Origin: Patescibacteria group bacterium
GTDB lineage: Bacteria > Patescibacteriota > Minisyncoccia > Moranbacterales > UBA2206
Length of the DNA: 64,000 nt
NCBI GenBank assembly: GCA_030837625.1
Contig: JAUPKF010000003.1
Location: 1,596-65,595 of the forward strand
Direction: 5' to 3'
Under the pieces are notes generated by a model. The model saw nothing but the letters and a program-made list of their open reading frames with translations, did no database searches and had not been told where the DNA came from. Shown here piece by piece: positions 29,459-38,963 of this stretch (position 1 is the first letter of the stretch; every line of letters begins with the position of its first letter). The translations under genes and the position numbers were made by a program.

Positions 29459-30150
29459 TTATTACTTATTTCATAAATAACGTCTTTTTTCTCCACCACT
29501 ATCCGCCAGCCTTTCTCTTCGGCAATATTTTTCAAGTTGAAGTTTGGATTAAAAGCAATCGGATTGTCCACTATTTCCAAAAACTTGGCGTCCGACTCGG
29601 TGTCTCCTATCCCGTACGAATCTTCCAATGTCAAGTTATGTTCCAGAGCATATTGTTTCACAACGTGCCCCTTATGAATGGTCGGTTCAAAAACCGCCTT
29701 GCCGGTATAAACTCCCTCGCTATCCACTTCATAAACTGAACCGAAAACCGCGTTAAACTTGAAATATTTATTATATTCTTCCACAATTTCCGAGGGTGAT
29801 CCGGATACGGCTATAATGTGGTAATTTTCTTTTTTCAGTTTGGCTATCAACTGATTGGCGAATATATAAGTCCGATCTTTGTAGAAGGGCACCACTGTCC
29901 TACTGGCCTCCATAATTTGTTCCCGCCTGCAGCCCTTTAAATTTTCGGCGTAAAGATAAACCAGGGCTTTTCGATATTCTTCGTAAGTCCCCTTATGATC
30001 CAGCCAATTGGAATATAGCTGCGTCAACGTCTTCCTTACGCTTTTGTCAAAAACTCCCATCCAGGCCAATTCGTCAATCAGCTCAAAGGCCAAGTTTTTT
30101 CGAAATATGGTACCGTCAATATCAAAAATGGCTATCTTTTTCTTATTCAT
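29455..30150 (-). CDS. HAD-superfamily hydrolase (subfamily IB, phosphoserine-phosphatase-like)
   Basis: Motif I is IAIFDIDGTIF, followed by a later ...VSGSP... motif and ...GIGDTESD.... Confidence 0.7.
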   Translation of the reverse strand: MNKKKIAIFDIDGTIFRKNLAFELIDELAWMGVFDKSVRKTLTQLYSNWLDHKGTYEEYRKALVYLYAENLKGCRREQIMEASRTVVPFYKDRTYIFANQLIAKLKKENYHIIAVSGSPSEIVEEYNKYFKFNAVFGSVYEVDSEGVYTGKAVFEPTIHKGHVVKQYALEHNLTLEDSYGIGDTESDAKFLEIVDNPIAFNPNFNLKNIAEEKGWRIVVEKKDVIYEISNN

Positions 30151-30153
30151 AAA

Positions 30154-30639
30154 CTATTTTAGTATCTCATACATTGCTATTCCCGCCGCCACGGAGACAT
30201 TTAAGGATTCTTTTTGACCCCGCATTGGAATAGAAATGACGGAGTCGCATTCGCCCAAAACTTCCTCGTCGATACCCGTAACTTCCGTTCCCAAAATCAA
30301 GGCGCAAGGGAAACTAGGTTTGAATTTTCTATAATCGACGCTTGGCATTCCATTCTCCAAGGCGACAATTTGAACTCCGTCCTTTCTTAATCCTAAGATA
30401 AGATCGCCAATATTCTCCACTCTTTCCCAAGAAACCGCCTCCTCCGCGCCCAAGGCGGTTTTCGCCAACATCTTTTGCGCTTGAGCCGGATAAGCGGACT
30501 TCTTTTCATCAAACGGCGCTTGGGTATAACCGGTCAAGTATATTCTATCCACGCCGGCGCCATCAGCCGTCCGAAAAACCGAACCGACATTGTGGGCGCT
30601 CCGAATATTATGCGCGATAATATACAACTTTTTTTTCAT
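30154..30639 (-). CDS. SpoU-family RNA 2'-O-methyltransferase (TrmL/TrmH-like)
   Basis: The 161-aa ORF has SPOUT motifs ...NVGSVFRTADGAG... and ...SLNVSVAAGIAMYE.... Confidence 0.8.
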   Translation of the reverse strand: MKKKLYIIAHNIRSAHNVGSVFRTADGAGVDRIYLTGYTQAPFDEKKSAYPAQAQKMLAKTALGAEEAVSWERVENIGDLILGLRKDGVQIVALENGMPSVDYRKFKPSFPCALILGTEVTGIDEEVLGECDSVISIPMRGQKESLNVSVAAGIAMYEILK

Positions 30640-30697
30640 ACCAAAACAAGATTTACTCTCATTCGTAAAAATTCGGATTCATTCGCGTCTATTCGCA

Positions 30698-30877
30698 TTA
30701 AGCCATTTTTAGTTTGGCGTAAAGACCGTAAATGCCAAGAACTATGGCAATCATCATCCATTGCGTTCCAGCCAGGTTAAAAACATCGCTTCCGAAAACA
30801 GAAACATACCCGGATATCAACGCTGTCGCCACTGAAACCGCGATCAGTCCGTCCGCTATCTTTTTGTTATCCATCAT
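30698..30877 (-). CDS. Small membrane protein (59 aa)
   Basis: The start is MMDNKK with a strong SD (ggaggtggaatATGATG), followed by two TM helices. The track ORF extends to 31018. Confidence 0.45.
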   Translation of the reverse strand: MMDNKKIADGLIAVSVATALISGYVSVFGSDVFNLAGTQWMMIAIVLGIYGLYAKLKMA

Positions 30878-31004
30878 ATTCCACCTCCATTCTGTTTTTG
30901 TGTTTTGATTTACGGTTTCATTATAGCACAAATGCCCCATTAACAACACAGGCACCCCGCCGGGCGCTGTTAAGTCTAATATATGAATATAATACATTAT
31001 TCCT

Positions 31005-32198
31005 TTACTCCACCACAATCATCGCTTTGCGGCCTTGTTCTATATTTTCCGGACTGCCCTGCAAATCATGAATGGCGTCATAGAAAACATTAATATTGTA
31101 TTTGTAGCCTTCCCCCTTTCTCGTGCCCGGATCATTGGTAATCACATTGTTGCCGTCATAACCGGTCAGAACCAAAACATGATAGAGCGGGCCGAGGCCG
31201 CTATAGTTGGGATTGCCCAATTTTCGCCCAGCCGCCGGGATGATAATCGGTTTTCCTTTGGCCAATATTTTTTTCAGATCATCTTTGGAAAAGTCGTAAA
31301 CGACTTTCAAATTATCAATGCCATAGTAATCCTTGGCCAGTTTGACAGTTTCCTTGGCATTGGTATCTTTAAAGTCCCCGTAATTTTTATTTTGAAATTC
31401 AACCAATCCCAAAATTTCTTTTTCCGCCGTATCCTTATCCAAAGGTTTGCCGTCCAAATAATGCTTGAGCATAATCAGCGATGCCTCTTCGCAAGCATCT
31501 TCATGGTAAGCGTCCCAATTGGCAAAGGGCGCTTGCGGGGTAAAAGGAACTTTGATGGATATTTTTTTCGGGAGATCAGTTTCTCTTTCCGGATTTTCTT
31601 CCGGCGCGTTCTTCAATTTCGAAAGACTCTCTTCCGCCTTTTCTTTGGCGTTTTCCAAAAAATTATTCTGCTCGGAACCGGACAAGGAAACATCTTCACT
31701 TTGAGCTTCCTTCTGATTTTCTATTTCCTTCCCATCTTCCGCCATCTGAAAAACTATTCCAAAAACTAAAAAAACCGCCGACAGGAAAAGCGCCGTTTTT
31801 CTTTTCGTCTGGATAAAACCGTAAAACCTCCCAGCCATTATTAGTCCCAAAAAAGCGCCTAGACTGTCAATAGCGACATCGACAAACTTTCCCGCTCTTC
31901 CCGGAACAACGCTCTGATGAATTTCATCGCTAATAGCGTAGGAAATCACAACGAGCAAAGACAGTCCAAACGCCCTTCGATAGCTTTCCACTCCCAGTCC
32001 TTTATGAAAAACGCGAAAAATCAACCAGGCCAAAACGGCATATTCTCCGATATGCGCGGCTTTCCTGATAATAATTTCCCAAGAAAGGCTGGGCGCTCCC
32101 ACTTCCAGGGAAGGAATATTGGAAAAATAAAAAACCAAACCAGCCCACAAAAAAGCCGGCAAAAAATATTTTATAAAAAAGACTATCTTATCTTTCAT
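31005..32198 (-). CDS. Fusion protein: N-terminal VanZ-like membrane domain plus C-terminal papain-like (C39-like/BtrH-type) peptidase domain
   Basis: The N-terminal part has four TM helices with a VanZ-like pattern. The C-terminal region has conserved Cys/His elements (…DACEEASLIMLKHY…YHVLVLTGYDGNNVITNDPG…). Confidence 0.45.
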   Translation of the reverse strand: MKDKIVFFIKYFLPAFLWAGLVFYFSNIPSLEVGAPSLSWEIIIRKAAHIGEYAVLAWLIFRVFHKGLGVESYRRAFGLSLLVVISYAISDEIHQSVVPGRAGKFVDVAIDSLGAFLGLIMAGRFYGFIQTKRKTALFLSAVFLVFGIVFQMAEDGKEIENQKEAQSEDVSLSGSEQNNFLENAKEKAEESLSKLKNAPEENPERETDLPKKISIKVPFTPQAPFANWDAYHEDACEEASLIMLKHYLDGKPLDKDTAEKEILGLVEFQNKNYGDFKDTNAKETVKLAKDYYGIDNLKVVYDFSKDDLKKILAKGKPIIIPAAGRKLGNPNYSGLGPLYHVLVLTGYDGNNVITNDPGTRKGEGYKYNINVFYDAIHDLQGSPENIEQGRKAMIVVE

Positions 32199-32207
32199 AT
32201 CAATTAA

Positions 32208-33371
32208 CTAATATACAACCACCGGCGTTCCGATATCCGACCATTCATAGATAGTTTTGGCCGGGCCGACTCCCAATCTCATACAACCGTGCGAAACCGG
32301 AATGCCTAAGTGGTTGGCGCCTTCCTTGTATCCCCCCGGCCATTCCGGAAGCTCGTGAATGCCAAACTTTCCGCCGGGCACAATCGCCATCCAATAGGGC
32401 ATATACAACCCGTAGGTTTTTGACCAGGCTCTTGGAGTTTTATTGAATATGGCATGCCGCCCCTTGGGAGTATCCATGCCGCGTTTGCCGGAGGAAATCA
32501 GGTAAGCGCCCAGTAACCGGCCGTTTTCAAACGTCGTCATGATTTGGGTGCCCAGATTGACATCGATATATTTCCCATTCTCTATTTGGGGCCGGGTATA
32601 CTTTTTCGCCTGCTCCAGCCTCAAGTCAAAATCTTTTTCCCATTCAACCGGAAGCGGCGGTCTGGTTTCAAAAGAGCTTTCGTAAACTTTCTTAAAACTC
32701 TCGTCGGATTCCTCCCAATATTTGGCAAATACCGAAAGTTTATGATTTGTCCCCTCGCGCATATATTCCTTGGGAAGAAGTTTAAACTGAGTCCGATCTT
32801 CGTTTATTTGATAGGCCAACTCACTCTCCGGATCAAGGGAAAACTTGATATAGAACTTGTCCGCCGACTTGTCAAGTTCCACCGTTATCGGATCTTCCGC
32901 TCCTAAAACCACGTCCTCGGCGCCGTCTGCCGGAGTAACACTCTCGACTTTAGGATAATCCGAAACGGAGAAAACAATTTCTCTGGATAAAGCCTTGGTC
33001 AAAAGCGCGCTTCTCCCTTCGGGAAGAAAAATCTTATATTCGACTCCCGGCTCCCAAAAATTTTCTGGAGCGATGGACAACTTTTTATTGGATTTGTCCC
33101 ACTGAAAACGCACTTTCTCGCCGGGAGATATTTTTATCTCTTTTTCATAATCCACGGGAATCATAGCCGAGGAAAAGTTAATCTCTATCGGATCTCCGGG
33201 AGAAACGTTTTGCGACTTGGCCAGCGAAATCTTGATTTCGAAAATAGCCGAGTAAGCCTCCGCTCCGTAAAAAAAACTGAATATCCCAAAGGCAATTATT
33301 GCCGACACCGATACAAAGCTCCCAAAACTGCTTATATGATGAACTCCAAAATGTTTTCTTACTCTCTCCAT
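32208..33371 (-). CDS. L,D-transpeptidase (YkuD domain), with N-terminal TM and Ig-like repeats
   Basis: The C-terminal catalytic motif is ...HGCMRLGVGPAKTIYEW... (His and Gly-Cys), preceded by ...GIHELPEW.... Confidence 0.75.
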   Translation of the reverse strand: MERVRKHFGVHHISSFGSFVSVSAIIAFGIFSFFYGAEAYSAIFEIKISLAKSQNVSPGDPIEINFSSAMIPVDYEKEIKISPGEKVRFQWDKSNKKLSIAPENFWEPGVEYKIFLPEGRSALLTKALSREIVFSVSDYPKVESVTPADGAEDVVLGAEDPITVELDKSADKFYIKFSLDPESELAYQINEDRTQFKLLPKEYMREGTNHKLSVFAKYWEESDESFKKVYESSFETRPPLPVEWEKDFDLRLEQAKKYTRPQIENGKYIDVNLGTQIMTTFENGRLLGAYLISSGKRGMDTPKGRHAIFNKTPRAWSKTYGLYMPYWMAIVPGGKFGIHELPEWPGGYKEGANHLGIPVSHGCMRLGVGPAKTIYEWSDIGTPVVVY

Positions 33372-33480
33372 TGTTTTTGTTTTAGGGCAGGTTCTTATCT
33401 CATTTACATTTTACCAAATTTATGGCTTATCCGCTAATACAAGAATAAGCGGCAGAAATGTCGCCACAGCCAGTTGCTTA

Positions 33481-34503
33481 TCAAACGGCGCTATTTTCCG
33501 CGAATAGATCCCTGGCCGCGTCCCAAAGCTCCGGGTGGTCTTTTTTTACCTTGAGCCAATACCACCATTCCACTCCCCAGAGATATATTTCCGGAAAACC
33601 GACTTTTCTGGCAAAACTGACATTTTCTTTCAATTTCCCCACGTTCATTGATTTGAATTGTTCTTCCAAGGGTTCGTTAGTGGTGTAGCCGGAAACCCAC
33701 GGCTCGCCCTGAAGTTCAACCACAAAAGCCCGCTCGTTCCCCGTCAGAATTTTGCTGATAAAATATTTCAAATGGAAGAAGCGCGGCCCGATAGGATAAT
33801 CAAAATATCCGATGCCCTCTTTCCAAATCGTCCGATAAAGTGTCGTGCCCAGGATATCTCCCCTTTTGGCCGACCGCGACCAAATGCTGATTTCGCCGCT
33901 GGCCGTGACTATTACTTCCCGGCTTGGATCAAGCTTCTTGACCAGCGCTATTTCCCGATCCAAAAAATTCTTGTCAAACGCCGGACAGATTCCAAAGTTC
34001 AAAAATGGTTCATTTTCTATTTGCCAATATTTGATTTCGGGATTGTTTTTATACTCTTTAACAACAACCTCCATAAAACGCAACAGCTTTTCCTCCTTCT
34101 TTCCCTTATCATCACCAACCCACTCAGGGATAAAACATTCCGGCCAACGAGGAACTTTTTGTCCCACTACCAGAATGATCTCGGCATTTCTCTTTCGCGC
34201 TTCCTTGAGCTGCCAGTCCACGTCCGCAAAATCATATTCGCCCTCTTTCTTTTCCGCCAGATCCCAATAAACCGGAATTCTTATTTTCCTTATGTTCAAA
34301 TCATCCAACATCGCCAGATAAGCTTCCTTCCAGTCCAATCCGATATCCGACGCGTAACGGCTGGAAAACGTCACACCCAACTGAGCATCTTTATTCTCCG
34401 TGGATACAGGAATATTAACATATATCAAAAGCAATATAAAAACCGCCAGGACCGCAAGAACTATCATTCCCGCATATTTTAGAGCTTTTTTGAAATAACT
34501 CAT
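33481..34503 (-). CDS. Membrane-anchored glycoside-hydrolase-like (TIM-barrel, GH5/GH113-like) protein
   Basis: The ...YWQIENEPF... motif (NEP catalytic acid) sits in a TIM-barrel-like context. An N-terminal TM anchor is present. The family call is tentative. Confidence 0.45.
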   Translation of the reverse strand: MSYFKKALKYAGMIVLAVLAVFILLLIYVNIPVSTENKDAQLGVTFSSRYASDIGLDWKEAYLAMLDDLNIRKIRIPVYWDLAEKKEGEYDFADVDWQLKEARKRNAEIILVVGQKVPRWPECFIPEWVGDDKGKKEEKLLRFMEVVVKEYKNNPEIKYWQIENEPFLNFGICPAFDKNFLDREIALVKKLDPSREVIVTASGEISIWSRSAKRGDILGTTLYRTIWKEGIGYFDYPIGPRFFHLKYFISKILTGNERAFVVELQGEPWVSGYTTNEPLEEQFKSMNVGKLKENVSFARKVGFPEIYLWGVEWWYWLKVKKDHPELWDAARDLFAENSAV

Positions 34504-34547
34504 ACGCAGATCATTTAGACTTTAAACCTTAGACCTTAGACTTTGAT

Positions 34548-35471
34548 TTACCTGTACCCCGAAACTAAAACCACCCCAACGGTAATAATAGCAATGGCAG
34601 AAATTTTTTGAACTATATTACCGGCGCCCCGTTTCTCCTGGAAAACCGCTGGCAGCCAAAAAGTGAGAGCCATCCCGAAAACAAAAATAAAAACGTATTC
34701 CAAGGAAACCAAAGCGCCCACAATTGTGACACTTCCAATAGAGGTGGCGTATTCTTTCAATATCGACCCGACTCCGCCCAGACATTTAGTCATAACAAAG
34801 ATAGCTCCCGACTTCTTGTTTTCGCTAGAAGGCTTTTTAAAATTGAAAAGCGAACCAATAATCAGACGCCGCCACCCGGGATTTGCCAAAAGACTCAGAG
34901 CCCCCAGCATCACACCAAAGCGCGTCCAAATGTAAACATTGATAAACTTGTCATTTTCGTAAAAACTCTTGAAAAGGGTAAAAGCAAACGCTAAAAGAAT
35001 TCCCGCCAAAATCGAGGGTAGAAAGCCCTTAAAAAATTTTCGGTCGGCGCCTTTGGAAATGTCCAAAGAGATCCAAAGCCCTCCCAAAATCAACATTGCA
35101 ACGCCGGTAAGTTCCGATACGCCCAAGTTTTCTTCCAAAAAAAATATCGATAGGAAGTACGTCACTACCGGAATAGTCGCTCCCACCACCGGAGTCACCC
35201 GACTGGCTTCGCTTTTTCTGATCGCAAAAAAAAGCGACAAGATTCCGTAAACAAAAACAACCCCCGCCAGAAAACTAACGACGGCTCTTCCCGGAGGAAT
35301 CAAATGAAATCCGAAAGGAAAAAATATGAAAGCAAAAAGGCTCAAGACGCCGGAATAGAAAGCATAAATTGCCGGATGAGACACCCGATTCGAACTCAAA
35401 AGAAACTTATCAAGAATCACTTCCAGCGCTATCAGTAAATAGGCCGCTCCCGCGATAAAAATCCAACTCAT
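34548..35471 (-). CDS. DMT/EamA-like 10-TM transporter
   Basis: The 307-aa polytopic membrane protein has two halves of similar topology. Confidence 0.5.
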   Translation of the reverse strand: MSWIFIAGAAYLLIALEVILDKFLLSSNRVSHPAIYAFYSGVLSLFAFIFFPFGFHLIPPGRAVVSFLAGVVFVYGILSLFFAIRKSEASRVTPVVGATIPVVTYFLSIFFLEENLGVSELTGVAMLILGGLWISLDISKGADRKFFKGFLPSILAGILLAFAFTLFKSFYENDKFINVYIWTRFGVMLGALSLLANPGWRRLIIGSLFNFKKPSSENKKSGAIFVMTKCLGGVGSILKEYATSIGSVTIVGALVSLEYVFIFVFGMALTFWLPAVFQEKRGAGNIVQKISAIAIITVGVVLVSGYR

Positions 35472-35578
35472 CTTTTTGTATTTGTTTCTTACGGATTACT
35501 TTAATATTCTACAACAAATCCAAGCAAAAAAACAGCCCCTCGCCAAAAGAAGCTGCTCTTCAAAAAATATCCAAGTTT

Positions 35579-36295
35579 TTACGAATTCAACTTGTAGAAA
35601 TACGACCCGACGTCGCTGATCCATTTGCGGACTCCGCCGGGATCATGTCCGGCGCAACTGGAACCGCATTTCCACACTACCATCCGCTCGGGCGTATTGA
35701 TTTTTTTGCCGACCAATTCCTCAATCCGGCCACCCACCATCGCCACCGCCTGTTCAGGATTGTCGAAACAAGAATAACCGGAAGCGGTCAGATTGTATCC
35801 ACCTTTGTATCCCCAATAGTTATAACAATCCCGCCCGTTCTTTTTGGGAGAATGTTTGCCCCAATCGCTTTCTTTTTTGGCGATGCCAATCAAAAAGGCT
35901 GCCACGATCTTTTCCTTCTTGGAAATTTCTAAGGTCATTTCCTCAATCGGATAACCGGCAACCAGACCCGCAAGCTTTTCCTCGTTATTATCGATCTGAA
36001 CTATTTCGTTTTTCACTAAAACAAGACCTTCCGAGCTTTTGCAGGCTTTTTCCGAAGGATCGTTAAAATTGACAGAATCCACACCGATTCTCTCCATTGG
36101 ATCGATAACCTCGGAATTTACTTTATCTAAAGAAAAAATGTTTTCCGTATGCGCGTCGCTTTCAAGCACGACAGAAAAAAACAGCCCCGCGCACAGCGCG
36201 AGAATGAAAACTGATAAAACATTGACTTTCTTGATTTTCTTGGGCTTTTTGAAAGAAAGAATCTTTCCAAGCTTTGGAAAATAATCGTCACACAT
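35579..36295 (-). CDS. Membrane-anchored protein sharing a Cys-containing C-terminal domain of unknown function (paralog 1)
   Basis: The C-terminal ~125 aa (GYPIEEMTLEISKKEKIVAAFLIGIAKKESDWGKH...CYNYWGYKGG...VWKCGSSCAGHD...) are about 50% identical to the C-terminus of 36481..37548. Confidence 0.5.
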   Translation of the reverse strand: MCDDYFPKLGKILSFKKPKKIKKVNVLSVFILALCAGLFFSVVLESDAHTENIFSLDKVNSEVIDPMERIGVDSVNFNDPSEKACKSSEGLVLVKNEIVQIDNNEEKLAGLVAGYPIEEMTLEISKKEKIVAAFLIGIAKKESDWGKHSPKKNGRDCYNYWGYKGGYNLTASGYSCFDNPEQAVAMVGGRIEELVGKKINTPERMVVWKCGSSCAGHDPGGVRKWISDVGSYFYKLNS

Positions 36296-36480
36296 TAATT
36301 GAATTTCTCCCCAATCCCGCGTCTCTACTCCTTAAGAGCCTATACGGACCTCCCTATGCGTTTCTTAAATGACCATACCATCCTAGCAAATAGCTACCCT
36401 TTTGTCAAACATGAACAACCAAAAAAGGCTTAAGCAAAGCCTTTTGTATGGATAATCCCTGACGCGAAAATCTGTTTTTT

Positions 36481-37548
36481 TTATTTTAACTCGTTAAAAT
36501 ACCCTTCCACGTCGCTGGCCCACTTCCTGACCGCCTCGGGACTGTCCCAGGAACAATCATATCCGCACTTCCACGCCACTACCATTTCTTCGGGGGTATT
36601 CAGCTTTTCTTCATTTACCAATTGAGCTATCCTTTTGGCAACTGTATCAACGGCATCTTTGGGGCTATTGAAACAAGTATGCCCTCCCGTTCCCATTTTT
36701 TCTCTCTTCCCTCGGTATCCCCAATAATTATAGCAATCTTCCCCGTCAAGAACAGGGACTCGCTCTCCCCAACTGCTTTCTTTTTTGGCAATGGCCACCA
36801 GATATGCCGCCACGGTTCTGTCTTTTTTGGCAATTTCCGCCGCCATTTTTTCGATCGGATAGCCTTTTACCATTTTCTTGATTTCCCTTTCAAAAGATAG
36901 CTTGTCTTCATATTCTTCCCGTTTTTTATCATTCTCTTTTTTCTCCTGAAGCAATTTATCCATATTCCTGCTTCCAGTGCTCCCGCCATCAGCTTTACTG
37001 TCATTTTCCCCCAAAACAATCGCCGCGGAATCTTTTTTATCCAGAACCAGTTCATTTCGAGATTCGAAAATATCCTCCGCCGCGCCCGTTTTAGCTGAAA
37101 CTCCCTGTCCGAGATAGCGGTAGATCATCGTCATCAAAAACATTCCGAATATCACCGAACCAATCAAAGAGACGTTCCAAGCTCTTGCTAGCGATACGCC
37201 TTGGACAGAATCTTGAAAAAGATCCAACCAATAATTTTTTATATCGACGTATCTTCCTCTTATCTCCAAATAGATATCTACTTTGGGCTTCGTGGAGCAT
37301 ACCAGCGCCTTTCCAGTACTTTCTTTCGAAAGGAAAAGGCCGTCAACAAAAACCTTCTGCCGGCCAGCCTCATGTTTGCCCCAATCGTTCGCTGAAAAAA
37401 ACGCGCTTTTCCCTCTCGAAGAAAACAAAAAAGAAGATTGTTTCCTTTTTTTGACGAATTTGAATAAAGGCAGATCAAGTTCAACAGGATAGACTACATC
37501 TTTTTTGGAAATTCCGCCGATGATGTCCTTATTTTCTTTTTGCAACAT
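36481..37548 (-). CDS. Membrane-anchored protein, paralog 2 of 35579..36295, with an additional N-terminal region
   Basis: It shares the C-terminal domain (GYPIEKMAAEIAKKDRTVAAYLVAIAKKESSWGER...CYNYWGYRG...AWKCGYDCSWD...). Confidence 0.5.
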   Translation of the reverse strand: MLQKENKDIIGGISKKDVVYPVELDLPLFKFVKKRKQSSFLFSSRGKSAFFSANDWGKHEAGRQKVFVDGLFLSKESTGKALVCSTKPKVDIYLEIRGRYVDIKNYWLDLFQDSVQGVSLARAWNVSLIGSVIFGMFLMTMIYRYLGQGVSAKTGAAEDIFESRNELVLDKKDSAAIVLGENDSKADGGSTGSRNMDKLLQEKKENDKKREEYEDKLSFEREIKKMVKGYPIEKMAAEIAKKDRTVAAYLVAIAKKESSWGERVPVLDGEDCYNYWGYRGKREKMGTGGHTCFNSPKDAVDTVAKRIAQLVNEEKLNTPEEMVVAWKCGYDCSWDSPEAVRKWASDVEGYFNELK

Positions 37549-37580
37549 CTAATGCTCTTTTACGAAAATTAAGTCTATTT

Positions 37581-38528
37581 TTACTCAGTATACCATTTTT
37601 TTGGAATCCTTAACAGCAACACTGTGCCAAAAATCACCATCGCCAAACTCAAAACTTGTCCCATGGTAAAAACGGAAAAAACAAATCCGATCTGTTCATC
37701 CGGTTCCCTGAAAAATTCCACCGCAAATCTTGCCAGAGCGTACCCGATAAAATATACTCCCAGTAATTTGCCTTCAAAAAATTTTTTGTTGCGCAATGTC
37801 CATAAGATTGCAAACAGAACAACTCCCTCCAAAAAAGCTTCGTATAGTTGAGAAGGATGGCGTAGATATGGAAATACGTCGCCGTTTTCATCCGAGAAAT
37901 ACATCCCCCAAGGTTTTTGGGTAATTCTCCCATACAGTTCTCCATTCAGAAAATTACCAATCCGACCGAAAAAATATCCCGCCGGAATGGCCGGAACAAC
38001 AAAGTCCGCCCACTGCCAAAAATCAATTTTGTATCTTCTTAGGAAAATAATAGAAACTAAAAATACTCCCAGAAGTCCGCCGTGGTAGCTCATCCCATAA
38101 ATGCCAACAAAGTTTCCCGCGCCATCAAATGGAGAAATGATCGCGAACGGGTTATTTATAAAGTATGCCAGGTCATAAAAAATAACATACCCCAACCGCG
38201 CTCCAATAAGAAGACCAAAAAAAGAGTAAACTAGAAAGCTTATTAAGGCATCTTCTTGTGTCTTATTTTGAATTTTGAATTTTGAATTTTGAATTTTATT
38301 TGATATTTGATATTTGGAATTTGGAATTTTATTAAAAATTAGGTAATTAGGTGAATTAGGTGAATTTACATATTCTCCTTTCCTAATTCTATATCTCAAT
38401 AACGCATACACCACCCCGAAACCCACAAGATACATCACCGCATACCAAGAAACGCTAAAAAATCCGACTGAAAAATTCGGATTTAGATGTTCCGGAATAC
38501 GCTGGTAAAAATTCGAGAAGCCACCCAT
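37581..38528 (-). CDS. lgt: Prolipoprotein diacylglyceryl transferase, carrying an in-frame low-complexity insertion
   Basis: Lgt signature motifs ...FFGRIGNFLNGELYGR... and ...GGLLGV... are present. The insertion is NSPNSPNYLIFNKIPNSKYQISNKIQNSKFKIQNKTQ. Confidence 0.85.
   Translation of the reverse strand: MGGFSNFYQRIPEHLNPNFSVGFFSVSWYAVMYLVGFGVVYALLRYRIRKGEYVNSPNSPNYLIFNKIPNSKYQISNKIQNSKFKIQNKTQEDALISFLVYSFFGLLIGARLGYVIFYDLAYFINNPFAIISPFDGAGNFVGIYGMSYHGGLLGVFLVSIIFLRRYKIDFWQWADFVVPAIPAGYFFGRIGNFLNGELYGRITQKPWGMYFSDENGDVFPYLRHPSQLYEAFLEGVVLFAILWTLRNKKFFEGKLLGVYFIGYALARFAVEFFREPDEQIGFVFSVFTMGQVLSLAMVIFGTVLLLRIPKKWYTE
38263..38368. repeat. Tandem simple repeats inside lgt (GAATTTT units, then ATTAGGTGA units)
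   Basis: Sequence is ttttgaattttgaattttgaattttgaattttatttgatatttgatatttggaatttggaattttattaaaaattaggtaattaggtgaattaggtgaatttaca. Confidence 0.7.
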
Positions 38529-38613
38529 GCCCTTATATTATCATTAAATCTTCAACAAAAAAACGCCGCGTGCGTCTTTTGCATAAAACATCTATGAACT
38601 TTTCTGAAAACTT

Positions 38614-38916
38614 TTATTTTTTCTTTTCTTTCTCTTCTTCTTTTTCTTCCTCCTTTAAAAACTTCACCACATAAACACTAACCATTACCACTATGAAAGT
38701 AATGAGAATAGCGTAACTGAATTTGGCCTTGAGGCCGTTTTGCTCAGCCGGAAAGAAATAATCGATAAATGACTTAATAGCATCGTTCCAAGCCAAACCG
38801 GCCACCAATCCGAACGCCGCCACGATATATCCTGCGACTTTGTTCCTTATCTCATGCCTCACACTGGCTACTTCGCTTTTTATTTTGCTTTTTATCGCCA
38901 TTAATATATTATCCAT
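38614..38916 (-). CDS. Small membrane protein with a poly-E/K tail
   Basis: The 100-aa ORF has two TM helices and a C-terminal EEEKEEEKEKKK tail. Confidence 0.4.
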   Translation of the reverse strand: MDNILMAIKSKIKSEVASVRHEIRNKVAGYIVAAFGLVAGLAWNDAIKSFIDYFFPAEQNGLKAKFSYAILITFIVVMVSVYVVKFLKEEEKEEEKEKKK

Positions 38917-38963
38917 ATGATGTAAAATATTTAATTACGTAATCGATTACGTAATTAAAAAGC

